Positions 62,204 to 64,000 of a stretch of DNA of 64,000 nucleotides are shown one piece after another. Source of the stretch: the human T2T-CHM13v2.0 reference genome, Homo sapiens. Both the position numbers and the translations under genes were made by a program. Within the stretch, counting starts at the first letter, position 1; every line of letters starts with the position of its first letter. The notes under the pieces were generated by a model, which made no database searches, was not told the origin of the DNA, and saw only the letters and a program-made list of their open reading frames with translations. The stretch lies in NCBI RefSeq assembly GCF_009914755.1, contig NC_060925.1; one strand, given 5' to 3'.

Positions 62204-62533
62204 CCTCTAACTGGAAGAAAACATTCTGACAGAAGATTTGAATCCATATTTTATATTGAACCTACAGCTGAGAAATTACTAATATCCAGAATTTGTAAAG
62301 AACTCTTACAACCAATAACAAGAGGATAAAATCTAGTTTTTAAAAATGAACACAAAGCTTCAACAGATTCTTCACAAAAGATTATATGCGAGTTGCCAAC
62401 TATCAAATAAAAAGATTCTCAATATTATTAGTCTTCATTAGTCATTAAAAATGTTCAAGCAGTTTAATTTATACTAGCTAAAAACTGAAAATAACCCAAA
62501 TACCTACCAACACATAAATGTAGAAACAGATTA

Positions 62534-63434
62534 CAGATGCTCCTTAACTTACGATGGGATTATGTACCAATAAACCCATTGTAAATGGAAAATATTGTAA
62601 GTCTAAAATTCATTTAATACACCTAATCTACTGAACATCACACCTTACCTTAAATGTGCTCAGAACACTTTCATTATACTTTAATTGGGCAAAATCATCC
62701 GGCAACACGGTACGCTGTAGAGTATTGGTTGTTTACCTTCATGGTCACATGGCTAACTGGGAGCTGTGGCTCACAGCATCATGAGACAGTATCATACTTC
62801 ATATCACCAGCCCAGGAAAAGATTAAAATTAAAAACTCGAAGTACAGTTTTTACTGAATGCATATCACTTTCACACCATCGTAAAGATGAAAACTCATAA
62901 GTCAAACTGATGCAAGGCAGGTGACCCCCAAAGTGGGGCTTAGCCCACAAGGGTTCTTTTGCTTCATCCAGGAAAGAATTCAAGGGCTGGATGGTGGAGG
63001 GTGGCAGACAACAGCTTTATTGAAGAGGCAGCGTTACAGCTCCTGCAGTGTTACAGCTCCGTGACTGCTCCTGCAGAGCAGGACTACCCTATAGGCAGAG
63101 AGTAGCAGCTTAGGGTGGTTTTGCAGTCATATTTCTACCTACTTTAATTACATGTAGATCAAGGGGTGGTTTATTGCTAGGGAAATTGCTGGGGAAAGGG
63201 GGGGTAACTTTTGGGTCATCGGGTTATTGCCGTGGAAAGGAACAGTAAGTCCTGGGTGCTGCCATGGCAATGGTAAACTGACATGGCACACTGGTGGGCG
63301 TGTCCTATGGAAAAAGCTGCTTCTGCCCCATCCCTGTTTTAGCTAGCCGTGAATTTGGTCCAGTGTCCAAGCCCCATCTCTGGAGTCAAGTCCCACCTCC
63401 TACCTCAAAATGATCGTAAGTCAGGGACAGTCTG
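62534..63434. mobile_element. MER47/Tigger5-type TcMar element, split by an LTR
   Basis: TIRs cagatgctccttaacttacgat / atcgtaagtcagggacagtctg; TA TSD on both sides. Confidence 0.9.
62908..63407 (-). mobile_element. ERV1 solo LTR (MER66-like)
   Basis: Reverse complement starts tgaggtaggaggtgggacttgactcc...ctagctaaaacaggg; TG..CA ends; 4-bp TSD aaa(c/t). Confidence 0.85.
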
Positions 63435-64000
63435 TACAGAATATCCATGCAATAAAATATTACTCAGTAATAACATATATGAATTATTGACACACAAAAG
63501 AGTACAAATAAAGAGTATATACATGAAGAGTATCTAGCTTGAACACAAGAGTATATACTGTGTAATTTTATTTATGTAAAGTTGTAGAAAAGGAAAATTA
63601 CTGTGTAATGGCAGAAAGCAGATTAGTGGTTGCCTGGGATCAGGGCTGGATGGGAGACTAACTGCACACAGATGCAAGCCTGATCCGGGGGCAGTGATTA
63701 CACGATGTCTACTTTTGTCAAAACTAGTCAAACGACTCACTTAAAACTAGTACACTTTACTAAATGAAAATTATTCCTTAATAAAGTTAATTTTTTAAAA
63801 TTATTATTTTGTACCTTAGAAATAAGGAATTGAGTGCTTGCTTGACTGCTATTCCTTTTGCCACCACACTACTACAGACCTCCATCACTTCAAAAATATC
63901 ACAATTTCTCATGGTTTAACACTTCTCATAAGGAATGATGCATTCTCCAATCTTTATACGACTATAAGCACATCTTAAAATCTAAACCAATAAAATGTTA

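Overview
Primate (human-like) non-genic DNA. It is AT-rich, CpG-poor, and mostly interspersed repeats: about 25 Alu/FLAM/FAM copies, one young L1PA 3' end, several old fragmented L1M elements, L2/MIR/L3 relics, about 10 solo LTRs (MaLR, ERVL, ERV1) and several hAT/TcMar MITEs. I found no credible protein-coding gene; the recognisable ORFs in the track are Alu-, L1- or LTR-derived, and the rest look like chance ORFs. There is one full-length U1 snRNA retropseudogene (54537-54699). Most notable: (1) an MLT2-type ERVL LTR (59758-60596) carries an antisense fragment resembling APOA4 coding sequence, with a 90-bp unit triplicated; (2) the U1 retrocopy sits directly beside a perfect minus-strand CAG|GTAAGT donor that matches U1's own 5' end; (3) a near-perfect hairpin is built on a collapsed MADE1-like core; (4) an old inverted duplication contains a chimeric L1 junction; (5) several insertion junctions are unusual. 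Repeat family names come from remembered consensus sequences, not a database search. Subfamily calls and old-repeat boundaries are approximate. I see no evidence for a new multi-gene system.
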